Source: Syncephalis fuscata S228
Lineage: Eukaryota; Fungi; Zoopagomycota
DNA: 64,000 bases
Direction: 5' to 3'
Assembly: GCA_025786725.1 (NCBI GenBank)
Contig: JAHLTZ010000014.1
Coordinates: forward strand, 310,001 to 374,000
Of this stretch, positions 37,550 to 51,776 are shown one piece after another. The first letter of the stretch is position 1. Each line of letters opens with the position of its first letter. Under the pieces are notes generated by a model, which was not told where the DNA came from, did not search any database, and was given only the letters and a program-made list of their open reading frames with translations. The position numbers and the translations under genes were made by a program.

Positions 37550-40500
37550 ATGACCGATGATACTGCGCATCCAGCGACGGAATGGCAACTCCTCCATGAC
37601 AAATTCTACCGGTAAGACAGCCAACAAGTCTAATGGATGACGTGTTAAGCTGAGTTGACACTAGACGGGTTTCCCTTTATGAAATGGAATGGCAAGGTGT
37701 AAACTTGGAGGATTACGACGTTATTGGTGCGCCTTTTGGAGGACCTATAGGTATTCTACTCTAACAAGCGACGATATATACAGCGATTAACGGTAGACAT
37801 TAGCGTTGATTCGAGCCGAGAATCAGATTCAGATTGTACGCGACCATAATGCAGTGACAGCACTATCAATTATGATATTCACGGCAGCCGGTGACCTTCT
37901 TAGTCGGGTCAATGTAGGATACCCAAATGCGTATCTTGTATAAGCTTAATATTTACAATATTGAATAGCTGGATACCGTTAAGATTGTTAAATTAGGCTG
38001 GTCAGACGACGAACGACTCGTTTGTCTATGTGCCGACGGCACAGTGCGACTCTACAGTCTATTTGGAGAATTGACGCAATTTACACTTTCCCAGGTATGT
38101 AATGCAATTCATGGTACTATCGTTTCTGATCACATTCTATAGGAAGCGATGGAGGAGGGTGTTATTGATGGTCGGATTTGGGGCAGTGGCTTAGTAGCAC
38201 TGTTATCAAATTATCAATTTTATACTATTACAAAATTTACTGATGCACGAGCTCGTCAGTTGGCCGATCCTGGTTAGTATTTTACGTTAAATTATTTCTA
38301 TTAGCTTATACGCAACAATAACAATGATCCAGGGCTATCATCATTGCCGTTTGACTGGGTAGTCGTGCCACCTGCCTTATCGATGAGTAGGGATGTAGAG
38401 CTATACGCTGCAGTAGGATCGACAGTTATTCTTGTTAATCAACAAGAGGCACAGGATCAAGTAAGAACAGACTGGTTGTTGATGTTGCTCTTTATCTTAT
38501 AGGATATGTGATTTTTTATTAGTTACTAAGTGATGGTCCATTTACTCGAATGGCTTTGTCGTCCAATTGTAAACTTATGGCATTGTTCAATAATGATGGC
38601 AAAGTCAGTGTGACATCAGCTGACTTTCAACGACAGCTTTCAGAGTTTCAGTCTACAACGACAACTCCACCCAAACAGTTCAAATGGTAAGTACTACAAT
38701 ATTAACTAAAACCAAACTTTATATAATGTTCTATACTGATCATGGTATATACTTGTAAATAGGTGCGGTGTTGACTCTGTTGTTATGGCTACTAGTCTTG
38801 AACTGACAGTCATTGGTCCGTTTGGCTATGGTATATAGTAAGTTTGTAGAAGTGCAGTACCAGTATTTATTGCTAATCGCTGTAACAATATTAATAGCTA
38901 TAATACGACAGAGGGCACGCACCTTGTTACAGAGATTGATGGCATACGTGCTATTTCTACAAAAGAAAGTTTTTTTATTTCCAAAGTGCCTGGTATGTAG
39001 TACACACCAGCATGCATACGAGAGGCTAAACAATGACGCTGTAGATGCATCACAAAATCTATTTCAATTTGGATCTACTAAACCAGGTGCATTATTACTT
39101 GATGCATACAATTTGTTCAAGGTAAATAATAAAGTTTGGCGATTTAGTATAGATAGTCAATATTTAGCAATGCATTATAGAAAGAAAATCCCAAGGCTCA
39201 AGAACATATTCGTAATCTAAAGGATGATTTGGCCACTGCCATCAATGAGTGTATTGAGGTTGCCAGTCTTGAATCTTCGCCATATTGGCGGCGAAATCTA
39301 CTCAAAGTAATTGTGGTGTATGCCAGTTATGCCTAATAGATAGCTAACCAGCTACAATCAACATGTAGGCAGCATCATTTGGCATGTCGTTCATGGATGC
39401 TTATAATGCAGATACATTTGTGGATATGTGCAGTTATTTGCGAGTATTAAACGATATCAACGACTACAAGATAGGCATTCCAATGACTTATCCACAGTAA
39501 ATACCACTAAATACAAAGGTACAAGTATCAATATTAACGAGCATTGAATAGATTTATGCATAAAAGACCGGAATTACTTGTAAAGCGATTAGTTAATCGC
39601 CAAAAACACTTACTGGCCGTAAGAATTGCTGAACATCTTCATTTGCCAATTGATGATATTATGGTTGATTGGGCATGCAACAAGGTAATTTTGATACTGA
39701 TACATTAAGGCAAATACATGTCAATTTATACTATTCCATATATTAGGTGAAACGGTTAAATCTTGATGAAGAAACAGTGGCACGAGTTATTTTAAACAAA
39801 CTATCTGCTTATCCAGGTCTTTCATACGTTGAAGTAGCCAAAACCGCCTATCGAATGGGCAAGACAAAACTAGCTACTATGGTATTGTATACACAGTAAG
39901 CATAACAGTTTAATATCTAACTGTATCTAGTTAATTGAACACGAACCGCGTGCCGTTGATCAAGTACCACTGTTGCTAAATATGAATGAGGCACAGCTTG
40001 CTCTTATTAAGGCTATTGAAAGTGCAAATACTGATTTAAGTAAGTGGTTTTTAGTATTTTGTCTATTTCAACTAACGACTTGTTGATAGTCTATTATGTA
40101 CTATTTATGCTGAAACAAAAGCACTCTATAGATGACTTTCTACTTTATATCAGCGACAAACCAGTGGCCAGTGATTTGTTAGTTTGTTACGCTTTAGAGC
40201 GTGATACAGAATTATTGGATCGTTTCTATTTCCAAGCAGATCAACAAATAGAGCACGCCAGCTTATATGCATCGGCAGCATTCCAAGATGCGGTAAGTAT
40301 TAATTAGATGACTGTAGGTTTAATTATTAATAAAATATTATAGAACGTATCTACAAAAACGACAAATTAGAAATAACCCTTAAATTATTTAACAAATCAC
40401 AGTCATTTGATGCTAAAGTAAGTTGATTAGACAACTAGCATATCAGTAACTAACCTTTAATATACAGTGTATTGAAGAGCAGGTACGTCTATTACAATTA

Positions 40501-41202
40501 CAGCAGCAACTTCAAGAAAAATATAAACGACCATTTGCCGGGCTATCTGTGAGCGAGACATTGAAGCAATGTATTCTTGCTGGCGATCCTAGTCAGGCCA
40601 AAAGATTCGAACTGACTTCAAAGTACCAGAAAAGCGGTTAGATTATTGTTAAATAGTCTAACTACTGCTAATGGACTATTGGTTAGATTCTGGTGGCTTA
40701 AAATAAAAGCATTGGCCGAATTACGTGACTGGGAAGGATTGGAGCAGTTTTCTAAATCAAAGAAATCACCCATTGGCTATTTGGTAAGTCATTGTAGTAA
40801 GGATGCACATCACATCACTATAAACATAAATATAAACATAAATATAAACACACACACATATATATATATTGATTCAAACTAATTATAATTATATTAGCCA
40901 TTTGTTCAACTGTGCATTGCTGCACCGCAATATGAAGAGGCTGCCAAGTATATTGAGCGCTGTGATGCCAGTATACGGCCCAACTTGTATATTCGTGTCA
41001 AGTGGTATGATAACGCAGCCAAACAAGCATTTGCTAACAAAGATATTAAGCTTTTGGAGTAAGTATTGTAGATGCTATATAGTAGACAATCAATAGAATA
41101 TACACATATTAACTAGACTGTAATAGGGATATACGTGGACTATGTAACTCAATGACATTAATCCAAGAGATTGACATGTATATAAGCCAATTAAGTAAAT
41201 AA
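37550..41202 (+). CDS. VPS16: Vps16, HOPS/CORVET subunit, ~21 introns
   Basis: [96 protein letters not shown]. Probable 1-bp deletion near 40365. Confidence 0.95.
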
Positions 41203-41485
41203 ACACATAATTCACATTTAATACGCTTGCTATACTTGTGCACAAGCCTTATTATATTATATTGCAAATTAATCCTATATTATAAGAAACAAAACCTTGT
41301 GATTTACAGCTTATAGCATAATATCAATTTACATTATAATGATAATAAAATTGGTTAATATAAAGTAGAGTCATGGGTTGTTTATTTAAATGATACCAAC
41401 AACGGGATAACCATGATTATTACCCGTTATCATTTGTATAATCAACAAAGACAGGCGCATAAAGTTGATAGATCGGCTGGTAAGC

Positions 41486-42502
41486 TTAGATTTGATCTGT
41501 AATAGAACAATGATAAGAAGATAGTAATTAACTAGTATATACACTTACCAAGCAACATCTTGTTGTATTTTGTAATCTTTGACGATACCGAGACATCAAT
41601 CGTCTTATCGCCTACTTCAACGATTAAACCACCTAGAATAGCTGGATTGACCTATATTATATTATGTTATATTGTTGTTATTATTATTATTAATAAACAC
41701 TTACCTTGTTTTCCATTTTCAATGTCTTGCCAGCACCAGCTAAATCGCTTTTGCTCAAACTATCCTTCAACTGACGCAATGTGCTAGCATCTAAAGCCTA
41801 ATATGTAATATATCGACATCATATTGCCATGGGCTATATTAGCTAAACAGTTCATATTGACTATCGCGTTTAATTATTTTACCTTGGCAGAGGTAACAGT
41901 GGCCAATACTTCACCACGGTGAGCCATCATAAGTGATGAATAGGCATCGATGATCTTAGTCGTTTCACCAAGACGGCCATTCTCCGCAAGCAAGTCAAAT
42001 AAGTTCGTGGTCACTTCAGAGTATTTGCCCTTGTTAAGCAATGAATCGACACCTTGACGCTTTTGTTTACGGTCCACAGTTGGGTTCTTCAAAAAGCTTT
42101 GGATACCTTCGTCCTTCTCAACAATGCCCTTAATACGCGTAAGATCGCCCTCAACGGCATCGAGTGCATTCTTTTTGGCAGCAGCCGTGAACAATGCACT
42201 AGCATAACGGCCATCAATACCGTGCAAGACTAGCGGTGGCTATATCAATGCATATACAAATATTACACGTGTTATTAATCATCATCAATATTATGGCCAA
42301 TACTATCATATTATAGCTGGAATCTAATCGATTACACAATATTATACCACTAAAGCCTACCTGAACGGAGCCGGAAGCAGTCGCGTAACCGCGTGCAACC
42401 TACCATTGATAAAATATGACCATTCGTAAGTTAATCTCATTATAGATCCATTAGTATACCTACTTAACGCAAAAAGGATTGACCGAAGCGAATTGAAGAC
42501 AT
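41486..42502 (-). CDS. ATP5: Mitochondrial ATP synthase OSCP subunit
   Basis: PPLVLHGIDGRYASALFTAA, LLAENGRL, VTSAK, VNPAILGGLIVEVGDKTIDVSVSSKI; presequence MSSIRFGQSFLR. Confidence 0.96.
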
Positions 42503-42799
42503 AGCTAACTACTGATAGGGTGGGGTATTGGTGGATGGACGCACGTACGCAAGTAGGTGTCTGTGAGTGGGTGTATGCGTGCAAGCAAGTTGATAGATCA
42601 ACGAGTACGGAATAATAGAAGGACAAGATGTGATCGCTGTAGTGTGCGGTCAATAGTCGGGCAATCAAGGAAAGACGTGATATCATTTAATGCGTGAATG
42701 GTTTAATTAAACTGTAAAAATAAAAGATAGACTACTAACACTTAATGCCACCACTTCTTTACTTTACTTTCCCTTTTATCTTTGTTAATAAATAACAAT

Positions 42800-43726
42800 A
42801 TGGGTCCAGATAAGCCACATCACCACAAACACAAACAATCAACGATGCATCTACAAGAGTCGAGTGGACAGCATACATTTCAAAGACTTATTAGCAGTTC
42901 TAGCAATAACAGCAATAGCACTATGGAACACAGCACACCTGTAGAACCTACAAGTCATGAAGTAAAGACTGATAGCATACAGCCAGCACCTGAAGTACTT
43001 TGTCGATGGACTAATTGTGGGACAACATTTGGTGATTTACAAGACTTGGTTGAGCATCTATCGATAGAACATATTGGACGTAAACGTCATAACTATGCAT
43101 GCTATTGGGAGGGTTGTTCGCGTAAAGGAACAATGCAAACATCAAGATTTGCCCTTATTTCTCATATGCGTGGTCATACAGGGGAGAAGCCATTCCACTG
43201 TCCAGTGCCCGAATGCGATAAAAGCTTTTCACGGTAAGTTATAATGATGGAATAGCCATTCCAAGTACCAATGATCAATAATAGATCGGATGCTTTGACA
43301 AAGCATTTAAAGTGTCAACACGCCAATGCACCAGAAGCCAGAGATGTTACATTCGGTCCTAATGGTACAACAACGGCAAAACCCAAGCCAGTAATTCATC
43401 CAAAACCTGTTATACTAGAAGGACGGGCGCTTATTGAAGCATTAGTATCATCTGGGGATGAGTCTGAACCATCTAGTAATACCAATGCTTTACACGACTC
43501 TGATGACGACGATCTAAATAGCCTACCAATAACTGAGCGATATGAACATTTAAAGGATCGATTTCATTTTGTAAAGCGACAGCATAGTGAATTTGCTGAC
43601 GAACACGACAAAGCACGCCTTAAAATACGACGTCTTTTACTTGAACGAGATGTTTTATTAAGTAGTTTTATGCAACGGGTCCGTCGCCGTCAACGAACAA
43701 CAACTGTACCACAAGATAATGCATAA
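42800..43726 (+). CDS. C2H2 zinc-finger protein, INO80 subunit Iec1-like
   Basis: CRWTNC...HIG...[52 protein letters not shown]; C-terminal coiled coil; one intron. Confidence 0.8.
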
Positions 43727-43820
43727 AATAAGGATACTAACAATAATAATAACAATAATAATAGTAGTAGTAGTTAGCTAACATAATAGTTACTATTTGT
43801 ATTCATTATCATTATTAATA

Positions 43821-45362
43821 TTATTTGCTGCGCTTGTAAACCTTGGCTACAAACTTTTCAAATACACTTGGCACTACTAGATCCTTATTTGTCTTGGTAA
43901 TAATTCAGCTATTTCTTGGTAGCTTTTCTCTTCATATTGACGATAGACAGTCTCTAGATCCAATTCCTGGTAGACTTGTTTAACTTTGGCTACATCGGCT
44001 TCTTCACGTCGACCATAATGGGCCTATCAATAATAACAATAATATAATAGTAACATTATAGTGGTTAGTTAATACTATAATAGTATATAGATAGACTATT
44101 TACCTCAAGGATTTGGCGTTGTTCTGCATTGACACGATCTAATGCTTGGACAATAAGCCATGAACACTTGTTATCCTCAATATCGGTGCCAATCTTGCCA
44201 ATAACCTCAGGTGCGCCAAAGCAGTCAAGATAATCGTCCTATTACTTTATTGGTTATTTCAATTAACCAATGACTATTATCGCTTACTTGTACTTGGAAA
44301 TAGACACCAAGAGGAATAAGAACACTCTTGGCTTGTTCAAAGGCCTCCTCTCGCTTTTCACCATTCTAAATAATAAATATAAATATACGTTAATAGCCAT
44401 ATCAATAGTAATATTAAATGTATTACCATAATCATAGCCAATGCAACTGGAAGATAAAAGGAATAGAATGCAGTTTTATAAGTAACAATCCAACGATATC
44501 TGATAATTATTAACAAGTAGTTAGTTAATAAAATATATTAATCTATACACAATACTACTTACTTTTCAATAGAGAAACGGGATAGATCAATATCATCTTC
44601 TGGAGCTGTCAATAAATCAAGTAATTGACCCAATTCTGTTTGGTATGATGTCTATAATAGTCACTATAAGTAATATGTCATATTATTCATACTAATCACT
44701 TACTTCCTGGAATAACTCAAGGAGATCCACATAGAAAGAGTCTTGTCGGAAGTACTTCTTTAATAGACGGTAGATACATGACTCGAGAATGAACGCATCG
44801 TTAATAGCAATGGTGCCAACTTTTTCCTATAATAAACAACCATAGTTTTGTAAATAATACAATACTATCAATTATAATAGTTTTACTTACCACACGATAC
44901 CAGCATGGCATGCCACGACGTGTCTTTGAACTATCCATAATATCATCGGATACTAGGAAAAAGGCTTGTAGCTATTATAATACAAGTATATCAAATAACA
45001 TTAATTACTAGTTACTAGTTACTAGTTACTACTTACCCATTCAACACACCAGCCAAGTACACGCGCTTTATGCAATTCTTCTGGTGTAATAGTTGCTTCT
45101 CCACGCAGTTCACGTAGCGTATCCACAACACTTAGACCACGGTTCATTTTACCGCCTGGTACAGTATGCATAATACACTATTATATACAGATATATATAT
45201 ATATATATTAGTATTATATAAATATATGAATAAAGCTTTGTAGTTATCACCTACCTTTTCGATCCATGTAGCCGCTTCTTGTGGCATACCAAGACGAGGC
45301 AGCTCGGATAAAATATCCTGAGCCAGGACATAGAAAGTATTTTCAAATTCAGTGCGTTCCAT
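43821..45362 (-). CDS. ERG20: Farnesyl diphosphate synthase
   Basis: [32 protein letters not shown] (FARM), [20 protein letters not shown] (SARM), [14 protein letters not shown]. Confidence 0.97.
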
Positions 45363-45616
45363 TGTGTAGTTAGTAATTGTGTCTTTACAACAGTACTAAA
45401 TAACGAATAACAAGTCTGTTTAGAAAAGTGGAAAAAAGATAAGGCAAATTGAGGGCAGCAATAGTCAACGAGTAATAATAACAGCAATATTAATATTAAT
45501 AACTAGAGACACTTTAAGTATAGGCCAGACATAGATTTATTGAGGCCTGTGTGTGTACGCATGGAATGTGTATGGCGTGGTTCATCAATCATCAATTGAT
45601 AACGACTTCGTGTGCC

Positions 45617-45708
45617 CCAATCGGCTTAACTTCTACGTGAGGTGATGAATCTATTGACCAATCAACACATCAAAAGGTTATATCGATTTACATCTCAGAT
45701 CATACGAG
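45617..45708. promoter_or_regulatory. Candidate sterol-regulatory element flanked by CCAAT boxes in the ERG20/SHY1 divergent promoter
   Basis: ATCACCTCAC on the minus strand at 45637-45646 (one mismatch to SRE-1 ATCACCCCAC); CCAAT at 45617 and 45658; SRE-like ATCATACGAG at 45699-45708. Confidence 0.5.
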
Positions 45709-45877
45709 TGTTATGAATAGTATAGCAGAGCGCAGAATATGCTTGTAAATAGAATTAGAAAGAAAAAACAGGCTTATAAACTAATAAAACTTATTGTTCT
45801 CTCTCTCTTTTTTAATTTAGTTCACCAACATATTCTGAATTCTGCCATACTATTTAATTATAGTTAGCTGCACTATT

Positions 45878-47113
45878 ATGCTACGTCATTTCTATCCCAA
45901 TACTGTTGGCCGTATGGGTGTCCGGCCCAACCTCTTTGCTTCTAGTTGTAGCTGGTCGACACTAAGAACCAACTCAGGTATTTTACTCAAAGCCGACTAT
46001 AGTACTAGTTTGCGATCGAATAAATCGTCGTCGACACGACCGGCCACTTGGAAAATGCTTTGTATGGCGGCAATTCCTCTGGCCACATTTGGACTAGGCA
46101 CCTGGCAGGTGCAAAGGCTTCGGTGGAAGGTTGGGCTTATTCAAGACTTGGAAGAGCGTAGTATGTTGCCTGCTGTACCGCTTCCAAAAATAATTCGGTA
46201 TATAGAAACTAGTATAAGCAATGAATGGCGACTAATATTGGCTGAACAAAAGCGAAGAGCGCTATCCACAGCTTGAATATCGACGATTTTATGTCACTGG
46301 TACATTTCTACACGACAAGGAGATATTAATGGGTCCACGGACGCGCGGTGAAGGATCAGTTGGCTATTTTGTCATTACGCCATTTAGACGCGATAACGGG
46401 TAGGTTATAGTATAGTAAAGCTATTTATTATAATCAATGACTATTCATGTATAGACAGATCATTTTAATTAAACGAGGCTGGATCGCGCTGGATAAGAAA
46501 GAGCAAAGTACACGCTTAGAAAGCTTGGTAATTGATAGTAACCGAGTAACAAATAGAATAATTAATATATGTGTTTATTTGTACAAACTACCACTAGACT
46601 GACGGGCCTGTAACTATTGAAGGCATGCTGCGTCAAGATGAAATGGTAAGTCATATACAAGCGTAAAAAATGCCATTGTCACTTATATTTATTAATAGAG
46701 AAACGCATTTTCACCGACAAATCGACCTGAAGACGATCAGTGGTTTAATGTCAACGTTGCCGAAATGGCAGCACATGCTGGAACTAGTGCTATACTTTTA
46801 GAAGAGCTTTCAGGTAAGGTTTTATTAACTAATTGAATGAAAGCTTATATCTATCCGTTTAGACGAGTCATCAAGTATTTACGGCGAGCTGACAGCCAAG
46901 GGTATTCCTATTGGTCGGCCCCCGGTCGTTGAAGTGCGTAACATGCATGCACAATATGCGTTTACATGGTAAGAATATTAGCATTAAATTGAAACAAATC
47001 GTTGTTTTTGACCTTTCTTCATTGCCAGGTATAGTTTATCGGCCCTGACCACCGTAATGCTTGCCATGATGTTTAGACGGCCCACTAGAGTCGGGAATCG
47101 TTTAGGACGTTAA
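45878..47113 (+). CDS. SHY1: SURF1/Shy1 cytochrome c oxidase assembly factor
   Basis: [51 protein letters not shown]. Confidence 0.93.
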
Positions 47114-47388
47114 TAAATTAATAGATCGGCATATGGTCTCGCTCTTTGTTCTATTTCTGCACTTTGTAACCAATAAAAACGTACCTGTTGCCTGCAGTCC
47201 TTTTTATGTTATCTCTCCTATGCACTCCGTTCAGCCGTCACGAAGTGTGCGCGCGCGCAAAAGACCCCGCAGACCGCTAACCTTAGACCAAGTAAAGGCT
47301 TGTCCTTTTATTCTTTATTATTTGCCAGCCTTTTTCTTCTTTAGTTGTATTACTATCAATACTAGCAGTAGCAGTAGCAGTAGCAGCA

Positions 47389-48998
47389 ATGTCGGTCGCG
47401 TCGGTGTATACACGTCTAGACGCATTATGTCATGCTGCACAGCGACGATCCCCTTCACGAGTTGAAATTGAACGGCAGAAAATGCTACTTATAACCGAAG
47501 TAACGAAGCTAGCCAAGGAGGTTGAGCGAAGCCATGAAAGTATTACTACACTACGCTGGCGCAATCATGAGCATGAAAAAGCAGAAAAGGAACTTACACT
47601 AACACTACAACAGGAACGCCAGGAACGGGCAATCGAACAAAAGCTACTAAGAAAGCAAATTGAACACTTACAGGCCAAGTGTTACCGTGAAAGGGAGCGT
47701 ACCGTATCACTTGCCTCGGAAAATGAACAGTGGCGCTTACATATGAATAATCGTAAATTATCGTCAGTATCATCGTCATCACCGGTGTTGTTAGGTGCAA
47801 CGGTAAAAACCCGTAGAAATGATTACAGTGATTCTTCATTGCCCATTAAACCAGCAGGTAGGTTAGTCATGGTATTTATTTTATTAATAATATCAATATA
47901 AATTATATTACCATAGCGCGTCCAATCTATTTGTGCTCTAGATCTAATAGCAATACCAGCTTATCGTCTATTCGTCCAAAACCGTACCTGCGTACTGAAA
48001 TAGAAGCCTGTTCGGACACAAGTAGTTCTATTCTGGCTGATGTGCCACGGCATGCTATCCAACTATCAGATATTGATCTTAAACGCAGTATGGAGCAGCA
48101 AGAGCATAGCGATCTAGATGGTTACTTTTGGAATCGATGTCCACATAAATGTTCATGTGGTATGTTGTGTGAAAAGGAGTCATCAGGAGATACATGTACT
48201 GAGGATCCTAATCAGCGGCCATTCTCCAATATTAACACCGAACGACGGCTTTGTCGTATCCCAAGTATTGAGTTTAATGAATTATTTATATCGACTGAGC
48301 CAAATACTTTGGCCAATCATCCAATGAAACGTGGTTCAAGGTTTGTATTCAATAATAGCTAAATATAAACTAATGTAATTGATTAATAGTGTTAGAAGAC
48401 GTAAATCTTTGGCACGTTTAGTTCAGGAGATTCTTGAGATGCAAGAGAATTGTCAAATGGCGCTAGATGGTGTTAATGAACAAATACGAAGCAATCGTGC
48501 ACGTGTTCGTGATACACGACGTGAGGTTGTAAAGTAGGTTGATACTACTATAGAAATACGGTACTAGTTGTAATAACATTAATTGGCATTTAATATTCAT
48601 TTAGAATGCAGAATATTGTCATGAATACAGAGTCACGACTAGAAGTAATGCAGCAGGCGATACATCACACTGATGCGGCACTAGCAAGTATAGAAAGCGA
48701 ACGTGTCAAGGAATACCAAGTAAGTATGATCAATATTTAATAATAGAATACTTATAAACAATAATATAGCATCAAATTAACGATGCAATAGCTAATAAAA
48801 AAGCGATGACAGAGCAATTACAAGCATTGCGTAAAGAAGATTTATTGCTTCGGGAACAGAAAAAAGAAATTGAAAATCATTTAGAAAAATGTAAGTATTA
48901 ATCCATTTATTCCTACAAACGGCATGTTAATCCATGAATATAATGTTGTATTAGTTCAAGAGGAGATAAAACTATTTCGTCAAAGTCAAACAAACTAA
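47389..48998 (+). CDS. Hypothetical coiled-coil protein, multi-exon
   Basis: Spliceable ORFs rich in E/Q/R/K heptads with canonical GT-AG introns; no family recognised. Confidence 0.65.
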
Positions 48999-49141
48999 AC
49001 GCAAAAACGGCATTATTGTTTTTTTGTTATTCTTGTAATCATTACTTTAGTAATATCTATTCGCTTATCGGCATATTTAATAAATGGATAAACAACCTAT
49101 ATTTATTATGAAGGTTATAGCAGTGGCAAAAGACGCTTTTA

Positions 49142-51013
49142 CTACCACATAAATCGTTGCCAAACACCAGGTTCTTGAGGCCATTGGAAGGGTCGCTTTA
49201 AAAACAGCCAAATAGTAGCAATATTGATCGTTGCATATAATATACACTCGATAGTATATATCTATTTGATACAGGTGACAAATGAAGACGATAGATGATA
49301 AATGGCAAAATAAAATAGCGAAACTCAAGTAAAGGTGATGGCACAAGGGTAAGTGCAACTGCAGCAGTATATCCAATACACCATGTAATATTTTGACGTT
49401 GCGCTAAAGTTTTTATGCTTAATGATAGCTGTTTATACATTTCAACTGATTTACTTACCTAACTGTATCCACAAATGTTGTATTACTAGTGCATAGGCCG
49501 GCGCTAATACATACTTTACACTAGGATGTACCGAATAGATACGCTTCCATAGATAAAATGTAAAATGCCGATTATCACTTAGTATGAATGGATGTTCATA
49601 GCTAAGAAATATAAATTAATACGCATAAACAATGAAATATGTAAACTTACGTAAAATGATGAATTAAATATAAAATCAATCCTATGCTAATTAAAAAGAG
49701 TACTGGATGTCTATAATACATTAGTATACATATATATATATATAATAGTTGATTATTATTATTACAGTGATTGATACTTACCGAAGTGTACGCACTAATG
49801 TACGTCGTATGCGACTAATTGGCCACATTAACTGAATTATAGAAAATCCAAATGTAAAACAACTAAAATAAAATAATTGTGGAAAATGAAGTGTTGCTTC
49901 ATGGTTTGATTTATCGCCTAGTGTTATTTAGTATTAATACATCTATTTAATTATTGGCTATTTATTGCTTACCTAATACAATACCGCCATTGATTACAAC
50001 AAATGCACCAAATCCAATAGAACGCATAGATACGGTAAGCTTGTATATGTAATTGACAAAATATTGCCAATAGTCTGTCTTATTAAACGCTGTAACTGAG
50101 TCATTGTTTCAGCTGTTTAATTATTAATTAGTAAATGTAAAATACCAAGTAATAGATACCAACCTGGTGAGTATGCATTAGCAGGACTGGATAGCCAACG
50201 CTGAAGATGTTGCTGTTTATCAAACGATGCAGCTTTGCTAACAATGACAAGTGCCATAATCCACGCTGTCCATATAACATTTGTTTGTCGAAATAATAGA
50301 GATCCAGCTGCCATCTATACAGGAAATCAAATTAGATATATATATATGTGGATGATATTAGATCCTTTTAATACATACCACTCCAGCTAATGCATGTTTC
50401 TGTTTTAATGCTAACAGATAGGCCAGTAATACAAGTGTCATTGATCCAGTGTCAGTATAGTAAAGAAAGTTGTAAAAATAGCCAACGGGAAATATGGCTA
50501 GTGTGAACGCGTTCCACGCATGCTGCGATAATCTTGCTCGTGGATGTAGTTGACGACTCAAACAATAAAGAACGTAAAATAGTCCGATACTCCATAAAAG
50601 ATTGGTGGCACGTAGTCTTATTATACTGCACCATTGATCAACTGTCGATTCGCCAAATAGAATAGATACTGGCCAAAGAAGCAGTAAACTTGCTAGATAG
50701 CTGGTTAAGCATGGTTAGTCAATACCAACGCGACGTACAACCATTATTAACGCAACTATTAACTTACAGGCCAGGTGGTGTTGTAATCTTTGGGTCCCAG
50801 TGCGATAGATTACCGCGACAATAAGCTTGTGCTTGAGGCACATGAAACGGCTCGTCCTAACAAAACACGGTAAGCTGTTGTAGATGCACGATAGACAGTG
50901 CAAATACTGCTTACCATATAAGGTTCAGTCACCTGTTCGTTGATATAGTTGGCTACCATATTATTGCCAACTATCAATAGCAAGCCAAGAACACCAGCTA
51001 TTCGTGCTGTCAT
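49142..51013 (-). CDS. ALG10: Alpha-1,2-glucosyltransferase Alg10/Die2
   Basis: [95 protein letters not shown]. Probable 1-bp deletion near 49250. Confidence 0.95.
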
Positions 51014-51063
51014 TGTGTAATGAATACAAGTATATTTTAAAGAAGGGAAAAGTTATATAGGCA

Positions 51064-51066
<3 letters not shown>

Positions 51067-51104
<38 letters not shown>
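51067..51104 (+). repeat. (AAT)n microsatellite
   Basis: About 12 consecutive AAT units between ALG10 and SF3B5. Confidence 0.9.
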
Positions 51105-51106
<2 letters not shown>

Positions 51107-51194
51107 TTAGATCAACTGGTTAATTAACAAATCCAAATACGACTCAATAGACATTTTAATAAACAAAAGTATTGTCAAATAAACAGAGCCCACG

Positions 51195-51676
51195 TCAGTC
51201 ATCGCGCGGTACTGGTGGACCACATGGCTGGAGCATTTTCTTTATTACAATTGTTATTAGTATAGTATATATAAATTGAGCACTATTATTTACCTGTAGT
51301 AGTTTTGAACGGGTACGTGCTGTGGTTTCTCCTTCGGATACAGCAATATAAGCCGTTAGATTAGGATGACCAAGCAAGGAAGCATATGTATCACGGTGCT
51401 GGTTAGTTAGCCATTCACTATTAGTAGTATACAGTTAGTGTAGTCTAGTTATAGTAAATAAAGCTTAGCTGCTTAATTGGACCTACTATTTGTTCGTATC
51501 AGCATGTCCAGTGCCAACATGCTTTGACTGTACTATGTATATATATATGGTTAGATGGAGTCATCAGTATAGCTATTACCCATACTTACAGTGCTCAATT
51601 TGGCTATTGATGTTGACGCGGTCCTATATAGCATATAAATATTATAGATCTACGGTAAATGTTATTAACTTACCAT
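51195..51676 (-). CDS. SF3B5: Splicing factor 3B subunit 5 (SF3b10/Ysf3), 4 introns
   Basis: M|DRVNINSQIEH|LQSKHVGTGHADTNKY|EWLTNQHRDTYAS...|KMLQPCGPPVPRDD*; the first coding exon is just ATG. Confidence 0.93.
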
Positions 51677-51776
51677 TGAAGTGTTTATAAAAAGTCAGCG
51701 TGTTAATAATGATAACGAGAATAAAATAATTAACTTTTGTGCAATTCGTCTTTATTTTTTCTTTTTCTTTTACACA

